Below, in pieces: positions 1 through 9,563 of a stretch of 64,000 nucleotides of DNA. The notes beneath the pieces were generated by a model. That model did not search any database, was not told where the DNA came from, and saw only the letters and a program-made list of their open reading frames with translations. Source of the DNA: Henriciella sp. (GTDB lineage: Bacteria > Pseudomonadota > Alphaproteobacteria > Caulobacterales > Hyphomonadaceae); contig JBHIYI010000008.1 in NCBI GenBank assembly GCA_041984335.1, positions 46,297-110,296 of the forward strand, read 5' to 3'. Within the stretch, counting starts at the first letter, position 1, and every line of letters starts with the position of its first letter. Made by a program: the position numbers and the translations under genes.

Positions 1-1524
1 AACCGCGAATTCCATTGGCAGTTCCTGCAGCACTTCGCGGACGAAGCCGTTGACCAGCAGCGCGACGGCTTCCTCTTCGCCGATGCCGCGCTGGCGGACA
101 TAGAAGAGCTGGTCATCAGAGAGTTTGGTCGTCGTCGCCTCATGCTCAAGCTGCGCGTCGGCGCGGCGGTTTTCGACATAAGGCACCGTGTGGGCACCGC
201 AGCGATCGCCGATCAGCAAGCTGTCGCATTGGGTAAAATTGCGCGCCTGTTCGGCTTTCTTGTTCACCGAAACCAGCCCGCGATAGGTATTGTCGGACTT
301 ACCAGCGCTGATGCCCTTGGAGATAATCCGGGAGCGTGTGCGCTTTCCGAGATGGATCATCTTGGTGCCGGTATCGGCCATCTGCCGGCCATTGGTCACG
401 GCGATGGAATAGAACTCACCCACACTGTCATCCCCGCGCAGGATACAGCTTGGATATTTCCAGGTCACGGCTGAACCTGTCTCAACCTGCGTCCAGCTGA
501 TCTTGGAGCGCGCGCCCCGGCAATCGCCGCGCTTGGTGACAAAATTATAGATCCCGCCCTTGCCGTCTTCATCGCCAGGCCACCAGTTCTGCACTGTTGA
601 GTATTTGATCTCGGCATCTTCCAGGGCGACCAGTTCGACCACCGCTGCGTGGAGCTGGTTCTCATCCCGCATCGGCGCCGTACAGCCCTCAAGATAGGAC
701 ACGTATGCGCCCTTGTCGGCGACGATCAACGTGCGCTCGAACTGACCCGTGTTCTCGGCATTCATCCGGAAATATGTGCTGAGTTCCATCGGACAGCGCA
801 CGCCGGGCGGGACGTAAACAAAGGTCCCATCAGAAAACACGGCGCTGTTCAGAGTCGCAAAGAAATTGTCAGACTGCGGCACGACGGTGCCGAGATATTT
901 CTTCACCAGCTCCGGGTGTTCATGCACCGCCTCGGAGATGGACATGAAGATGACCCCGGCTTTCTTCAGTTCCTCGCGGAAGGTCGTCGCCACTGACACA
1001 GAGTCAAATACGGCATCGACAGCAACTGTCGGTCGGTCGGTTTCGGTGCGCGCTTCTATCGCTGTCTCAGCAGCGCCTTCGACGCCCAGCAACACCTCTG
1101 CTTCGCGCAGGGGAATGCCGAGCTTCTCATAGGTCTCGAGGATTTCCTTGGGAACGTCGTCAATCGACTCATACTTCGCTCCGGCTTTCGGCGCGGCGTA
1201 ATAATAGATGTCCTGGTAGTCGATCTTCTCATAGCGCACCATCGCCCAGTCAGGCTCTTCCATGGTGAGCCAGCGTTCATAGGCTTTCAGCCGCCATTCG
1301 AGCAGCCATTCCGGCTCGCCCTTCTTTTCGGAGATGAATTTGACGATGTCCGGGTTGAGGCCTTTGGGCGCGTACTCGGTCTCGATCTCGGTCGAAAAGC
1401 CGGCTTTGTACTGGTCGGATTCCAGCGCTTTCGCAGCCGCGACGGTGCCCTGGTCAATGCTGTCTTTGACTTTGACTTCCACGCAATCGTCCTCGTGCTC
1501 TTCGATGCCGCCGCAGCAATCCAT
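1..1524 (-). CDS. sufB: Fe-S cluster assembly protein SufB (partial; 3' end runs off the left edge)
   Basis: Not in the ORF track; translated by hand. ATG at 1524 with CAGGAG 6 nt upstream gives MDCCGG...[44 protein letters not shown], and at the window edge [40 protein letters not shown]. Both are SufB signatures. Confidence 0.97.
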   Translation of the reverse strand, partial: MDCCGGIEEHEDDCVEVKVKDSIDQGTVAAAKALESDQYKAGFSTEIETEYAPKGLNPDIVKFISEKKGEPEWLLEWRLKAYERWLTMEEPDWAMVRYEKIDYQDIYYYAAPKAGAKYESIDDVPKEILETYEKLGIPLREAEVLLGVEGAAETAIEARTETDRPTVAVDAVFDSVSVATTFREELKKAGVIFMSISEAVHEHPELVKKYLGTVVPQSDNFFATLNSAVFSDGTFVYVPPGVRCPMELSTYFRMNAENTGQFERTLIVADKGAYVSYLEGCTAPMRDENQLHAAVVELVALEDAEIKYSTVQNWWPGDEDGKGGIYNFVTKRGDCRGARSKISWTQVETGSAVTWKYPSCILRGDDSVGEFYSIAVTNGRQMADTGTKMIHLGKRTRSRIISKGISAGKSDNTYRGLVSVNKKAEQARNFTQCDSLLIGDRCGAHTVPYVENRRADAQLEHEATTTKLSDDQLFYVRQRGIGEEEAVALLVNGFVREVLQELPMEFAV

Positions 1525-1551
1525 GCCGTGCTCCTGAAACCTTCATCCTCA

Positions 1552-1579
1552 ATATGGTCCATTTGCCGGACTTTTTCAC
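1552..1579 (-). promoter_or_regulatory. Possible RpoH (sigma32)-type promoter for sufB
   Basis: Minus strand reads GTGAAA-N14-GACCATAT, resembling TTGAAA-N13-15-CCCCATNT, 28 nt upstream of the sufB ATG. Motif match by eye only. Confidence 0.3.
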
Positions 1580-1610
1580 CCCTGTGCGGCAGGAGACCGC
1601 GCAAAAAAGA

Positions 1611-2453
1611 TCAGGCCTTCAACACTGCGGCGTGATGCGCCACGTGATCCTCGATGAAGCTGGCGATGAAATAATAGGAATGATCATAGCCCGTTTGCAC
1701 GCGATGGGTCACGCGCTGACCGTGATTGGCGGCCTCTTCCAGAAACAGAGCCGGATCCAGTTGCTCGGCGAGAAATTGATCCGCATCGCCCTGATCGATC
1801 AGGATGTCTGCATCCGATGGCATCTCCTTGACGAGCTCGGTTGCGTCATAGGCTTCCCAGGCCACCGACAGCGGGCCGAGATATTGCTCGAACGCCTTTT
1901 GTCCCCAGGGCACGCGCGCCGGTGAGACAATGGGCGCGAATGCCGAGCAGGATTGATAAAGCGCCTGATTCTTCAGGTGCAGCGTGATCGCGCCATGCCC
2001 GCCCATGGAGTGGCCGGTAATGCCTTGGCGACTGAGATCCGCCTGCTTGAAGTGATCCGCAAACAGCCATTGCAGGTCGACGGTCACGTAGTCGTCCATC
2101 TTATAATGTCGATCCCAGGGCGCCTGCGTCGCTTTGAGGTAGAATCCCGCCCCTTGCCCGAGATCATAGCCCTCTGCGTCCGGCACCTCGTTGCCGCGCG
2201 GACTGGTATCCGGCGCCACCACCATCAGGCCATGTTCGGCGGCATATTTCTGGATCCCGGACTTTTCCATCACATTCGCCCAGGTACAGGTCAGGCCGGA
2301 CAAGTACCAGAGCACAGGCACCGGCCCATCCTTGGCTTGCGGCGGGGTGTAGACGCCAAACCGCATGGTGCAGTTGGTGACGCTGCTGAAATGGTCGTGG
2401 ACGGAAAGTGAACCGCCAAAATTGCGCCATTCAGAGACGGTTTCTAAGGACAT
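1611..2453 (-). CDS. fghA: S-formylglutathione hydrolase
   Basis: Motifs WYLSGLTCT, GQGAGFY, GHSMGGHGA (nucleophile elbow) and GYDHSYYFI. Start placed at MSLETVSE (2453) rather than the ORF-track 2474. Confidence 0.97.
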   Translation of the reverse strand: MSLETVSEWRNFGGSLSVHDHFSSVTNCTMRFGVYTPPQAKDGPVPVLWYLSGLTCTWANVMEKSGIQKYAAEHGLMVVAPDTSPRGNEVPDAEGYDLGQGAGFYLKATQAPWDRHYKMDDYVTVDLQWLFADHFKQADLSRQGITGHSMGGHGAITLHLKNQALYQSCSAFAPIVSPARVPWGQKAFEQYLGPLSVAWEAYDATELVKEMPSDADILIDQGDADQFLAEQLDPALFLEEAANHGQRVTHRVQTGYDHSYYFIASFIEDHVAHHAAVLKA

Positions 2454-2769
2454 CGCAGCTGGCCCTCCGTGCAATCGCTTGAGTCCGTAGCGCCATGCGG
2501 TGCGTTCACCCCATGTGCAAGCAAAATCTGATTGTCCCGTACAGTTCGCCCCCGAACGACACCCTCAATTCGGCGAACGTAAATTGGCGCAGCCTACAAA
2601 CGCTCGCGGTTCGCGATCAAAAGTCGAAATCGCAAACAGCACGCTTCGGACGGCAAGCCCCCTCAATGCCAAAGTATTCAAAAAGATAGTGAAATAATGA
2701 GACATCCCGACAATGCAAATAAGCAGGAATTGAATTTCATGTATTTTTTAATCGGTCATCGAGTATATT

Positions 2770-4458
2770 ATGTTTTTTCAAAGCTGTTCTGTCCTCTTCC
2801 TTGCTTTCCTGATATGTGTCGCATGCTCTGGCGGAGGCGGCGGTTCCGATACGCCACCGCTTGCGCCCACGCCGCCGCCTCCGGCGCTACCCGCCAACGT
2901 CGCCCCCGAACTCGTCATAGCGTCGGTCTCTTCGACTGTGGACGAGCGGCAAAGTCTGACCATAGATGCCAGTGCGTCCAGCGACGCAGACGGCGACAGT
3001 CTGAGTTTTGAGATTAGCGTTTCTGGCTCCAGCAATGTCCGCCTCGTCGACACAGATTCCGCGCCAGTCTGGACCATCGAAACGAATGAAGTTTCAGAAG
3101 ATGAAACGTTCTCGGTCACCGTTACCGTTTCGGCGGGTGAGCATGCCATTTCCGAAACGCTCGATTTCACGTTGTCGAATTATGATCGAGCGCCGCTCAG
3201 TGCGATGTGGGGCACTGAAACCACCCGTTTGGCTTTTGACGACTCTCAAAACATTGATTTTCGGGCCTTGAAACACGTTCCAGTTTCCCATGAAGCTTAC
3301 AGCCTGGTGACAGATGGAACCACGTCCGCAATCGAAATTATCAGGTCCGACGGTGATGCAGCCTACGCAGATCCGATACTGTCGCTGCCGAACTTTGCGC
3401 CTGCGCAAGACAAGCTTTTTTCCGCCGAACTCAATTTCCTCGTCGATACCGATTTCGTGCTACTTTCGCCCGAAACCGGACGCGTTCAAATTTTTCTTAG
3501 CGACCCGAATGATCACGATAAATTGTTAAATGCTGGGACGTTTGTCGTTCCGGGAGCTTGCACGGTCGTTGAGGCGTATGTTGGAGATTATGACGATACA
3601 TTGACAGGCGGAAACTTCGCTTTCGGAAGTCTATGGCCAGGTTTGCTCATTGGAACTGATACCAGTCTGACGGCGCTCATCAACAATGCCCAAATAGATC
3701 AACCTCAGGGTACCGCCGGATCACCTAGACCGGCTCTCGATCGCATCGGTACGTTTTCAGAATCTCGGCTGATTTCGATGAATGGCAATTTTTGCCATCT
3801 TCAAAGAAATCCTGCTCCAACGCGGGAGAACCCCGCTCAGCATGAAATCTTCGATCCAGTAAGAAGTGAAATTGTTCAGATTCTCAGCACGCGCGGTGAT
3901 GAAGCGATCTTTGGAAAGTCAATCCCGATCTCAAGTCCAGAAGGCATGGAACTCATTGATATTAAATCAGGTGCCAACATGGACCTTTCGACTCTACGTT
4001 TCCTGCTTTTTTCCAGCGGCGAACACGACAAAGGGCACCAACTAACCATTATTCACGAGGATAAGAACGGATCCATCGAGCAGCGAGATGTTCCGCTTCC
4101 CAACGGGGTTCCCACGCAGTTGTATACGAACAGCATTGACCTTTGGCCCGACGAGAACCAGCCACCGACCGTCAGCCAAGATTACGATTCTGATATCATT
4201 ATCACGGCCCCGGAAACGCCGTATATCTATGTGCTCGAAAACTTGTCGTCACCGACTGAACCGTTTTGTTTCGGTGAAATCACATATTTTGAAGTCGGCT
4301 ACGGCGTAAACGAGGTTGAACAAATTATACCCTTTCTCACCGACTCTCCCCGTCAACTGATCACGAATGATGGACAAACGCTACGTTTCTATTCGAGTAC
4401 CGAGCAGGATGATCGCGTTCCGCCAACCGGCGGAGGCATACCTCCGGATCGTTGCTAA
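2770..4458 (+). CDS. Orphan secreted lipoprotein: Gly/Pro linker, Ig/PKD-like N-terminal module, unknown C-terminal region
   Basis: 562 aa ORF. Hydrophobic N-terminus with a lipobox-like VAC, then SGGGGGS and TPPPPP. NVAP...SDADGDSLSF is typical of Ig/cadherin-like repeats. AT-rich upstream region. Confidence 0.7.
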   Translation: MFFQSCSVLFLAFLICVACSGGGGGSDTPPLAPTPPPPALPANVAPELVIASVSSTVDERQSLTIDASASSDADGDSLSFEISVSGSSNVRLVDTDSAPVWTIETNEVSEDETFSVTVTVSAGEHAISETLDFTLSNYDRAPLSAMWGTETTRLAFDDSQNIDFRALKHVPVSHEAYSLVTDGTTSAIEIIRSDGDAAYADPILSLPNFAPAQDKLFSAELNFLVDTDFVLLSPETGRVQIFLSDPNDHDKLLNAGTFVVPGACTVVEAYVGDYDDTLTGGNFAFGSLWPGLLIGTDTSLTALINNAQIDQPQGTAGSPRPALDRIGTFSESRLISMNGNFCHLQRNPAPTRENPAQHEIFDPVRSEIVQILSTRGDEAIFGKSIPISSPEGMELIDIKSGANMDLSTLRFLLFSSGEHDKGHQLTIIHEDKNGSIEQRDVPLPNGVPTQLYTNSIDLWPDENQPPTVSQDYDSDIIITAPETPYIYVLENLSSPTEPFCFGEITYFEVGYGVNEVEQIIPFLTDSPRQLITNDGQTLRFYSSTEQDDRVPPTGGGIPPDRC

Positions 4459-4460
4459 CT

Positions 4461-4838
4461 CTAACCGCGGTGCAGCGCGCAGAGCTTGTTGCCGTCCGGA
4501 TCTCGGAGGTAAGCGAGATACATCCGGCCGGAGGGCTGCTCGCGCCAGCCTGGAGGGTCTTCATCTGTCGTCCCGCCCGCGGCGACACCTGCGGCGTGCC
4601 ACGCATCTGCCTGCTCGGGATTGTCCATCGCAAACCCGATCGTCCCGCCATTTGCGAAGGTCGCTGGCTTGCCATTGATCGGCTTGGTGACCATGAACAC
4701 GCCGCCATTGTGGAGATAGATCAAGCGCCCTTTCGGATCGGTAATCCCGGGCTTGCCGCCGAGCGCTGTGAAAGTGGCATCATAGAACGCCTTGGCTTTG
4801 TCGAGATCGTCCGACCCGACCATCATGTGTGAGTACAT
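4461..4838 (-). CDS. VOC/glyoxalase family protein
   Basis: MYSHMMVGSDDLDKAKAFYDA and YLAYLRDPDGNKLCA are VOC motifs. RBS AAGGA upstream. Confidence 0.92.
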   Translation of the reverse strand: MYSHMMVGSDDLDKAKAFYDATFTALGGKPGITDPKGRLIYLHNGGVFMVTKPINGKPATFANGGTIGFAMDNPEQADAWHAAGVAAGGTTDEDPPGWREQPSGRMYLAYLRDPDGNKLCALHRG

Positions 4839-4898
4839 TTAGTTTCCTTTGTTCTAGTTTCCGTTGTCTTCGGTGGAACTACTAGCGTGGACTACAAT

Positions 4899-5741
4899 CT
4901 AGGGCCGATGCTTGGTTTGCGACATTGGTAGAAGAAACTCATACAAAATCCAACGACCTTGAAAGTACAAGGACTCGAGCTTCTTGTCTCTCGTCAAAAG
5001 TCCATCAAAATACGTTGCATAGGTAGCAAACATCAGATCGACGATATCATTTCTAATTCGATCTGCTCCAATTTTCGGGGCGCTGCCACTTTCTATCCAA
5101 TCCAAAAAGTGTAGCCCTTGAAACAGCGCAAATCGATAGATCAACGTGTTGGGCCATTCCGCTTCGGTAGGCCAGTTTCGAGTATCAGGGTGTTGCTCGT
5201 GAAGCGAGCCGGCCATCATGGAAACCATAGCCAAAAATTTCTTCAATGTATCCAAATCAAATTCGCGACCCTGTCGAATTCTTTTTATCTGAGCCTGAGA
5301 AAATTGAGATTGAAACTGCGAATAATCTTCCATCAAATCGGCGGTGTTTCTAGACATCTGAGATAGGTGACCTTGAGCATCATTTCTTTTTTGCTCAACG
5401 TCGGCTCGAAACCGTTCATCGCCGGATGCAAACCTCGCAACGTTCGCGCAAAAACCGACGAATTCCCTCGACTGACGCTGGTCTACAAGCCGACTTGACA
5501 ACCCCGCGCGCCGTCCGCGCAATTGAGCAACAATTTTAGTAGATTTCAGGATTAGAACTTGTGAGGGGTATCTGCAGATCACGGAAACACTATCAAAAAT
5601 CGCACGATCCGACTTTGCCTTGTGCATTTCCATGCCGGCATAGTCCGTCAGCACCACAAAGTTTTGTGGGTTTTTTGATAGAAATCGGCCCAACTCTGAA
5701 GAATTGATTTCGTTGGTATCGACAACCAGTTTTCGCGACAC
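4899..5741 (-). CDS. Hypothetical protein with PIN-domain-like acidic motifs
   Basis: Probable GTG start at 5741 gives MSRKLVVDTN. Motifs VVDTN, TDYAGME and RNDIVD...DGLLTRDKKL. AT-richer than neighbours. Confidence 0.6.
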   Translation of the reverse strand: MSRKLVVDTNEINSSELGRFLSKNPQNFVVLTDYAGMEMHKAKSDRAIFDSVSVICRYPSQVLILKSTKIVAQLRGRRAGLSSRLVDQRQSREFVGFCANVARFASGDERFRADVEQKRNDAQGHLSQMSRNTADLMEDYSQFQSQFSQAQIKRIRQGREFDLDTLKKFLAMVSMMAGSLHEQHPDTRNWPTEAEWPNTLIYRFALFQGLHFLDWIESGSAPKIGADRIRNDIVDLMFATYATYFDGLLTRDKKLESLYFQGRWILYEFLLPMSQTKHRP

Positions 5742-5742
5742 A

Positions 5743-6852
5743 CTAATAAACCACCACGCTTCTGATGCTCTTGCCTTCATGCATCAGGTCGAAGGCCTTG
5801 TTGATGTCTTCTAGGCCCATGACGTGGGTGATCATCGGGTCGATCTGGATCTTCTGGTTCATATACCAGTCGACAATCTTGGGCACATCGGTGCGCCCTT
5901 TCGCGCCGCCGAATGCTGTGCCTTTCCAGGTCCGGCCGGTGACCAGCTGGAATGGCCGGGTCGAGATTTCCTTGCCCGCTTCGGCGACGCCGATGATCAC
6001 GCTCGTGCCCCAGCCGCGATGGCAGCATTCAAGTGCGTCGCGCATCACATCCGTATTGCCGGTGCAGTCAAAGGAATAGTCCGCGCCGCCATCGGTCAGC
6101 TCGACCAGATGATCGACCAGTGAGCCTTTGACGTCGCGCGGATTGACGAAATGGGTCATGCCGAATTTCTTGCCCCACTCTTCCTTGTCAGGATTGACGT
6201 CGACCCCGACAATCTTGTCTGCACCGACCATTTTCGCGCCCTGGATCACGTTGAGGCCGATACCGCCGAGGCCGAACACGACGACATTGTCGCCCGCCTG
6301 GACCTTGGCCGTGTTGGTCACAGCGCCGACACCGGTTGTCACGCCGCACCCAACATAGCAGGCTTTGTCAAAGGGCGCGTCCTCCCGGACCTTGGCGACG
6401 GCAATTTCCGGCAGCACGGTGAAGTTGGAGAAGGTTGAGCAGCCCATATAGTGATAGATGGTCTGACCTTTATAGGAGAAGCGCGACGTCCCATCCGGCA
6501 TCAGGCCTTTGCCCTGCGTCGCGCGGATCGAGGTGCAGAGATTGGTCTTGCCAGACAGACAGGCTTTGCACTGGCGGCATTCAGGGATGTAGAGCGGGAT
6601 GACATGATCGCCGGGCTGCACACTGGTCACGCCGGCCCCGACTTCGCGCACAATGCCTGCGCCTTCATGGCCAAGAATGCTCGGAAACACGCCCTCGCTG
6701 TCAAACCCGTCCAGCGTGTAGGCATCGGTGTGGCAGATGCCGGTCGCCATGATCTCGACCAGGACCTCGCCCGCCTTCGGGCCTTCCAGATCGAGCTCAA
6801 CAATCTCCAGAGGTTTCTTGGCCTCGAAGGCCACAGCTGCGCGTGTTTTCAT
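5743..6852 (-). CDS. frmA: S-(hydroxymethyl)glutathione dehydrogenase / class III alcohol dehydrogenase (GSNO reductase)
   Basis: [18 protein letters not shown], structural Zn site CRQCKAC...C, GLGGIG and C-terminal GKSIRSVV. Confidence 0.98.
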   Translation of the reverse strand: MKTRAAVAFEAKKPLEIVELDLEGPKAGEVLVEIMATGICHTDAYTLDGFDSEGVFPSILGHEGAGIVREVGAGVTSVQPGDHVIPLYIPECRQCKACLSGKTNLCTSIRATQGKGLMPDGTSRFSYKGQTIYHYMGCSTFSNFTVLPEIAVAKVREDAPFDKACYVGCGVTTGVGAVTNTAKVQAGDNVVVFGLGGIGLNVIQGAKMVGADKIVGVDVNPDKEEWGKKFGMTHFVNPRDVKGSLVDHLVELTDGGADYSFDCTGNTDVMRDALECCHRGWGTSVIIGVAEAGKEISTRPFQLVTGRTWKGTAFGGAKGRTDVPKIVDWYMNQKIQIDPMITHVMGLEDINKAFDLMHEGKSIRSVVVY

Positions 6853-6919
6853 TCACCTGCTCCTAAATGCATTTCACGCGCAATAAGCGCGCTTGCAGCA
6901 AGAAGCTCAACCCCCATTC

Positions 6920-6949
6920 TTGTCTCTGGTTGTCTTTGGCTTGTCTTTG
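6920..6949. repeat. Three phased direct repeats TTGTCT(C/T)TG
   Basis: TTGTCTCTG at 6920, TTGTCTTTG at 6930 and TTGTCTTTG at 6941 (periods 10 and 11 bp), between the desulfurase stop and the frmA start. Confidence 0.75.
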
Positions 6950-6955
6950 TCGCTC

Positions 6956-8095
6956 TCAGGCAAACGTACCGAGCGCCCGCCGGGCAGCGGTGAGCCAGGC
7001 CTCGGCAACCGCGTCAAAGTCTTCTGGCTGGCTGTCCCAGCCGAAACTGACACGAATGGCGCTGTCGGAGAGTTCATCCGGCACGCCCATCGCGCCAAGC
7101 ACGAGCGAGCGTTTCACCTTGCCGCTCGAACAGGCGGATCCAGACGACACGGCCACGCCTGCGAGGTCCATGGCCATGACCTGCGTTTCAGCGCGGAAGC
7201 CTGCAATCGCGAAATTTGAGGTTTGCGGCAGGCGCTCCGCATCTGCCCCGAAGATCGTGACGCCCGCCTCTTCGCGCAGGCGCGCTTCCATTTTATCCCG
7301 CAGCGGCGCGAGCGCTTGCAGCTTCGTCATGTCCCGGATCGCAGCTTCTGTGGCGGCGCCGAAGCCCGCAATGCCGCTCAGATTCTCTGTCCCCGATCGC
7401 AGCGAGCGCTCCTGGCCGCCGCCGAACAGGACCGGCTTCAACGGCGCACCTGAGCGCACCCATAGCGCGCCGACGCCCTGCGGCCCGCCAACCTTGTGAG
7501 CCGAAAGCGCCAGGTAGTCGACGCCAAGCAGGTTCACGTTGACCAAGATCTTGCCGAGACCCTGTACCGCGTCGCAATGGGTGAGGCCGCCGGCTTCGCG
7601 CACCAGGGTCGCGGCTTCGGCGACCGGCTGGATAACGCCCGTCTCATTATTCGCCATCATCAACGCGAGTATCGGAACGCCGTCGCGGTCCGTGTCCCAG
7701 CGCGCCAGCCGGTCACGCAGCCAGTCCAGATCCAGCGCGCCACTGCCTGTCACATAGGCCGTTTCCATCGGCACACCGGCATAGCCAGCATTTTTCAAAA
7801 CGGCCTCATGCTCAATCGCCGAGACGAGGAGCGTGCATTTGCCGTCCAATTGGGCGACCACGCCGTTCAGGGCGAGCGCGTTGGCTTCGGTACCGCCGCT
7901 GGTGAATATGATATCCTGCGCCCGCGCCCCAATGGCGAGCGAGACCTGAGCGCGCGCTGTCTCAAGCAGCTTGCGCGCCGCCCGCCCGGGTCCATGCACG
8001 CTGGACGGGTTTGCTCCGACGTCCAGAGCGGCCAGCATCGCCGTTTTCGCCTCCGGCCGAACCGGCGCCGTTGCATTATAGTCTGCGTAGATCAT
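6956..8095 (-). CDS. iscS: Cysteine desulfurase (IscS/NifS-like, group I)
   Basis: YADYNATAP, NPSSVH, NNETG, SAHKVGGPQG (PLP Lys) and SSGSACSSG (catalytic Cys loop). Confidence 0.93.
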   Translation of the reverse strand: MIYADYNATAPVRPEAKTAMLAALDVGANPSSVHGPGRAARKLLETARAQVSLAIGARAQDIIFTSGGTEANALALNGVVAQLDGKCTLLVSAIEHEAVLKNAGYAGVPMETAYVTGSGALDLDWLRDRLARWDTDRDGVPILALMMANNETGVIQPVAEAATLVREAGGLTHCDAVQGLGKILVNVNLLGVDYLALSAHKVGGPQGVGALWVRSGAPLKPVLFGGGQERSLRSGTENLSGIAGFGAATEAAIRDMTKLQALAPLRDKMEARLREEAGVTIFGADAERLPQTSNFAIAGFRAETQVMAMDLAGVAVSSGSACSSGKVKRSLVLGAMGVPDELSDSAIRVSFGWDSQPEDFDAVAEAWLTAARRALGTFA

Positions 8096-8210
8096 CGCGC
8101 CCCTATATCATCGTGATCGTTGTCCTGCAGAAAAATTTGCATTTGGTCACCGAGATTCGCTATAGCCGCCGCTCGACCTAGATTCAGCGCCGATAAGCGA
8201 GAAAAACGTC

Positions 8211-8966
8211 ATGGCAGAAATGCTCATTCAAGGCCCGCAGGGCCGGATCGAAGCCCGCTACACTCCTCCCCCATATGAAGGCGCATCGCTCGCGCTGATT
8301 CTGCACCCGCACCCGCGGGCAGGTGGCACGATGCAGGATCCGATCACGATCCGACTGTATCAGATGTTCGAGGAAAAAGGTTTCGGTGTCCTGCGCTTCA
8401 ACACGCGCGGCGTCGGCCGGTCGCAGGGCGTCTATGATCAGGGCGTGGGCGAGCTTGAAGATGCGGCCTTCGTGCTGGACTATGTCGAGAACCTGTCGGA
8501 GAGCCCGCGCTATGTCTGGTGCGCAGGCTATTCTTTCGGCGCCTGGATCACGCTGCAGCTGCTGATGCGCCGGCCGGAGATTGATGGCTTTCTCGCCATT
8601 GCGCCGCCGGCCAATCACTATGATCTGAGCTTCCTCGCGCCCTGCCCGGCGTCCGGCCTGATCATTTCAGGTGAAGCCGACGCCATCTCGAAACCCGCCG
8701 ATGTAGAGCGCGCGCTGACCAAAGTGCGCATCCAGAAAGGCGAGAGTATTGAGCGCGAGAGCATTCCCGGCGCCAACCATTTCTTCCAGGACAAGCATGA
8801 CGATCTGATCGACATTTGCTCCGCCTATGTCGACCGTCGCCTGATCGACGATGAAGAGAAACTGCGCCGCGAAGCCGAAGCCGCTGCCGCCAAGGCCGGG
8901 AGCCGCAAGCCGCCTATTCCGCGCGCCTTGCCGCTGAAGCCGGAAGACAACACGCCGCAAGGCTGA
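8211..8966 (+). CDS. Alpha/beta hydrolase (conserved suf-linked type)
   Basis: HPHPRAGGTM, RFNTRGVGRSQG, GYSFG nucleophile motif and ANHFF. Confidence 0.9.
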   Translation: MAEMLIQGPQGRIEARYTPPPYEGASLALILHPHPRAGGTMQDPITIRLYQMFEEKGFGVLRFNTRGVGRSQGVYDQGVGELEDAAFVLDYVENLSESPRYVWCAGYSFGAWITLQLLMRRPEIDGFLAIAPPANHYDLSFLAPCPASGLIISGEADAISKPADVERALTKVRIQKGESIERESIPGANHFFQDKHDDLIDICSAYVDRRLIDDEEKLRREAEAAAAKAGSRKPPIPRALPLKPEDNTPQG

Positions 8967-9023
8967 GTCCACAAGCGCGTCTGAATCAGATAGCCAGTCA
9001 AGTCTGCCTGGCCATGAGAGCTT

Positions 9024-9560
9024 ATGTCTGATCTGCCGCTTCAATTAACGCCCCACCCGGCGCATCTGATCGATGGTGTGACCCGGCTCGAATTTGCCGC
9101 GGTAAGAGACGGCGCGGGCCTGCGCCTTCAATATGACCTGTATGGCGACCTTTCGCGCTTGCACGTCCCGTCCGGCGAAGGCGCCGCGCGCCGCGACAAG
9201 CTGTGGCGACGCACCTGTTTCGAACTGTTTGTTCAAGCTGAAACCGCCGACGGATACTTGGAGTTCAATTTCGCCCCGAATGGCGACTGGGCGGCGTATC
9301 AGTTCACAGGCTTTCGCGAGGGACAAAGCGATTTAGCGATCGCGGCGCCGCGCTTTGAACTGCAACACGCCCCTGACCGCTTGTCTCATTCTGTCCACCT
9401 CGACGCATTGCCGTCCGCCTACCGAACGCAAAACTTGCGGCTGGGACCGACCGCGATCATCGAGGGAAGTGACGGCAAACTTTCATATTGGGCCTTGCAT
9501 CATCCCTCAAATAAGCCCGATTTCCACCGTAGCGAGACGTTTCAACTCAATCTGGACTAA
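9024..9560 (+). CDS. DOMON-like domain protein
   Basis: LWRRTCFELF, YLEFNFAPNGDWAAYQF and YWALHHP..KPDFH match this family as I recall it. Confidence 0.75.
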   Translation: MSDLPLQLTPHPAHLIDGVTRLEFAAVRDGAGLRLQYDLYGDLSRLHVPSGEGAARRDKLWRRTCFELFVQAETADGYLEFNFAPNGDWAAYQFTGFREGQSDLAIAAPRFELQHAPDRLSHSVHLDALPSAYRTQNLRLGPTAIIEGSDGKLSYWALHHPSNKPDFHRSETFQLNLD

Positions 9561-9563
9561 AGC

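Noticed and set aside
142-1604. Several short ORFs on both strands in the track
   Set aside because: All overlap the real sufB frame, which the track missed because it runs off the window edge.
4839-4898. TAGTTTCC repeated twice, as a possible insertion scar of the PIN-like gene
   Set aside because: Both copies lie on the same side of the gene and one is the VOC RBS; there is no matching copy at the frmA end.
5743-5780. ORF-track start of the PIN-like gene at 5780
   Set aside because: It overlaps the frmA 3' end. GTG at 5741 puts the VVDTN motif at the N-terminus, as expected for PIN folds.
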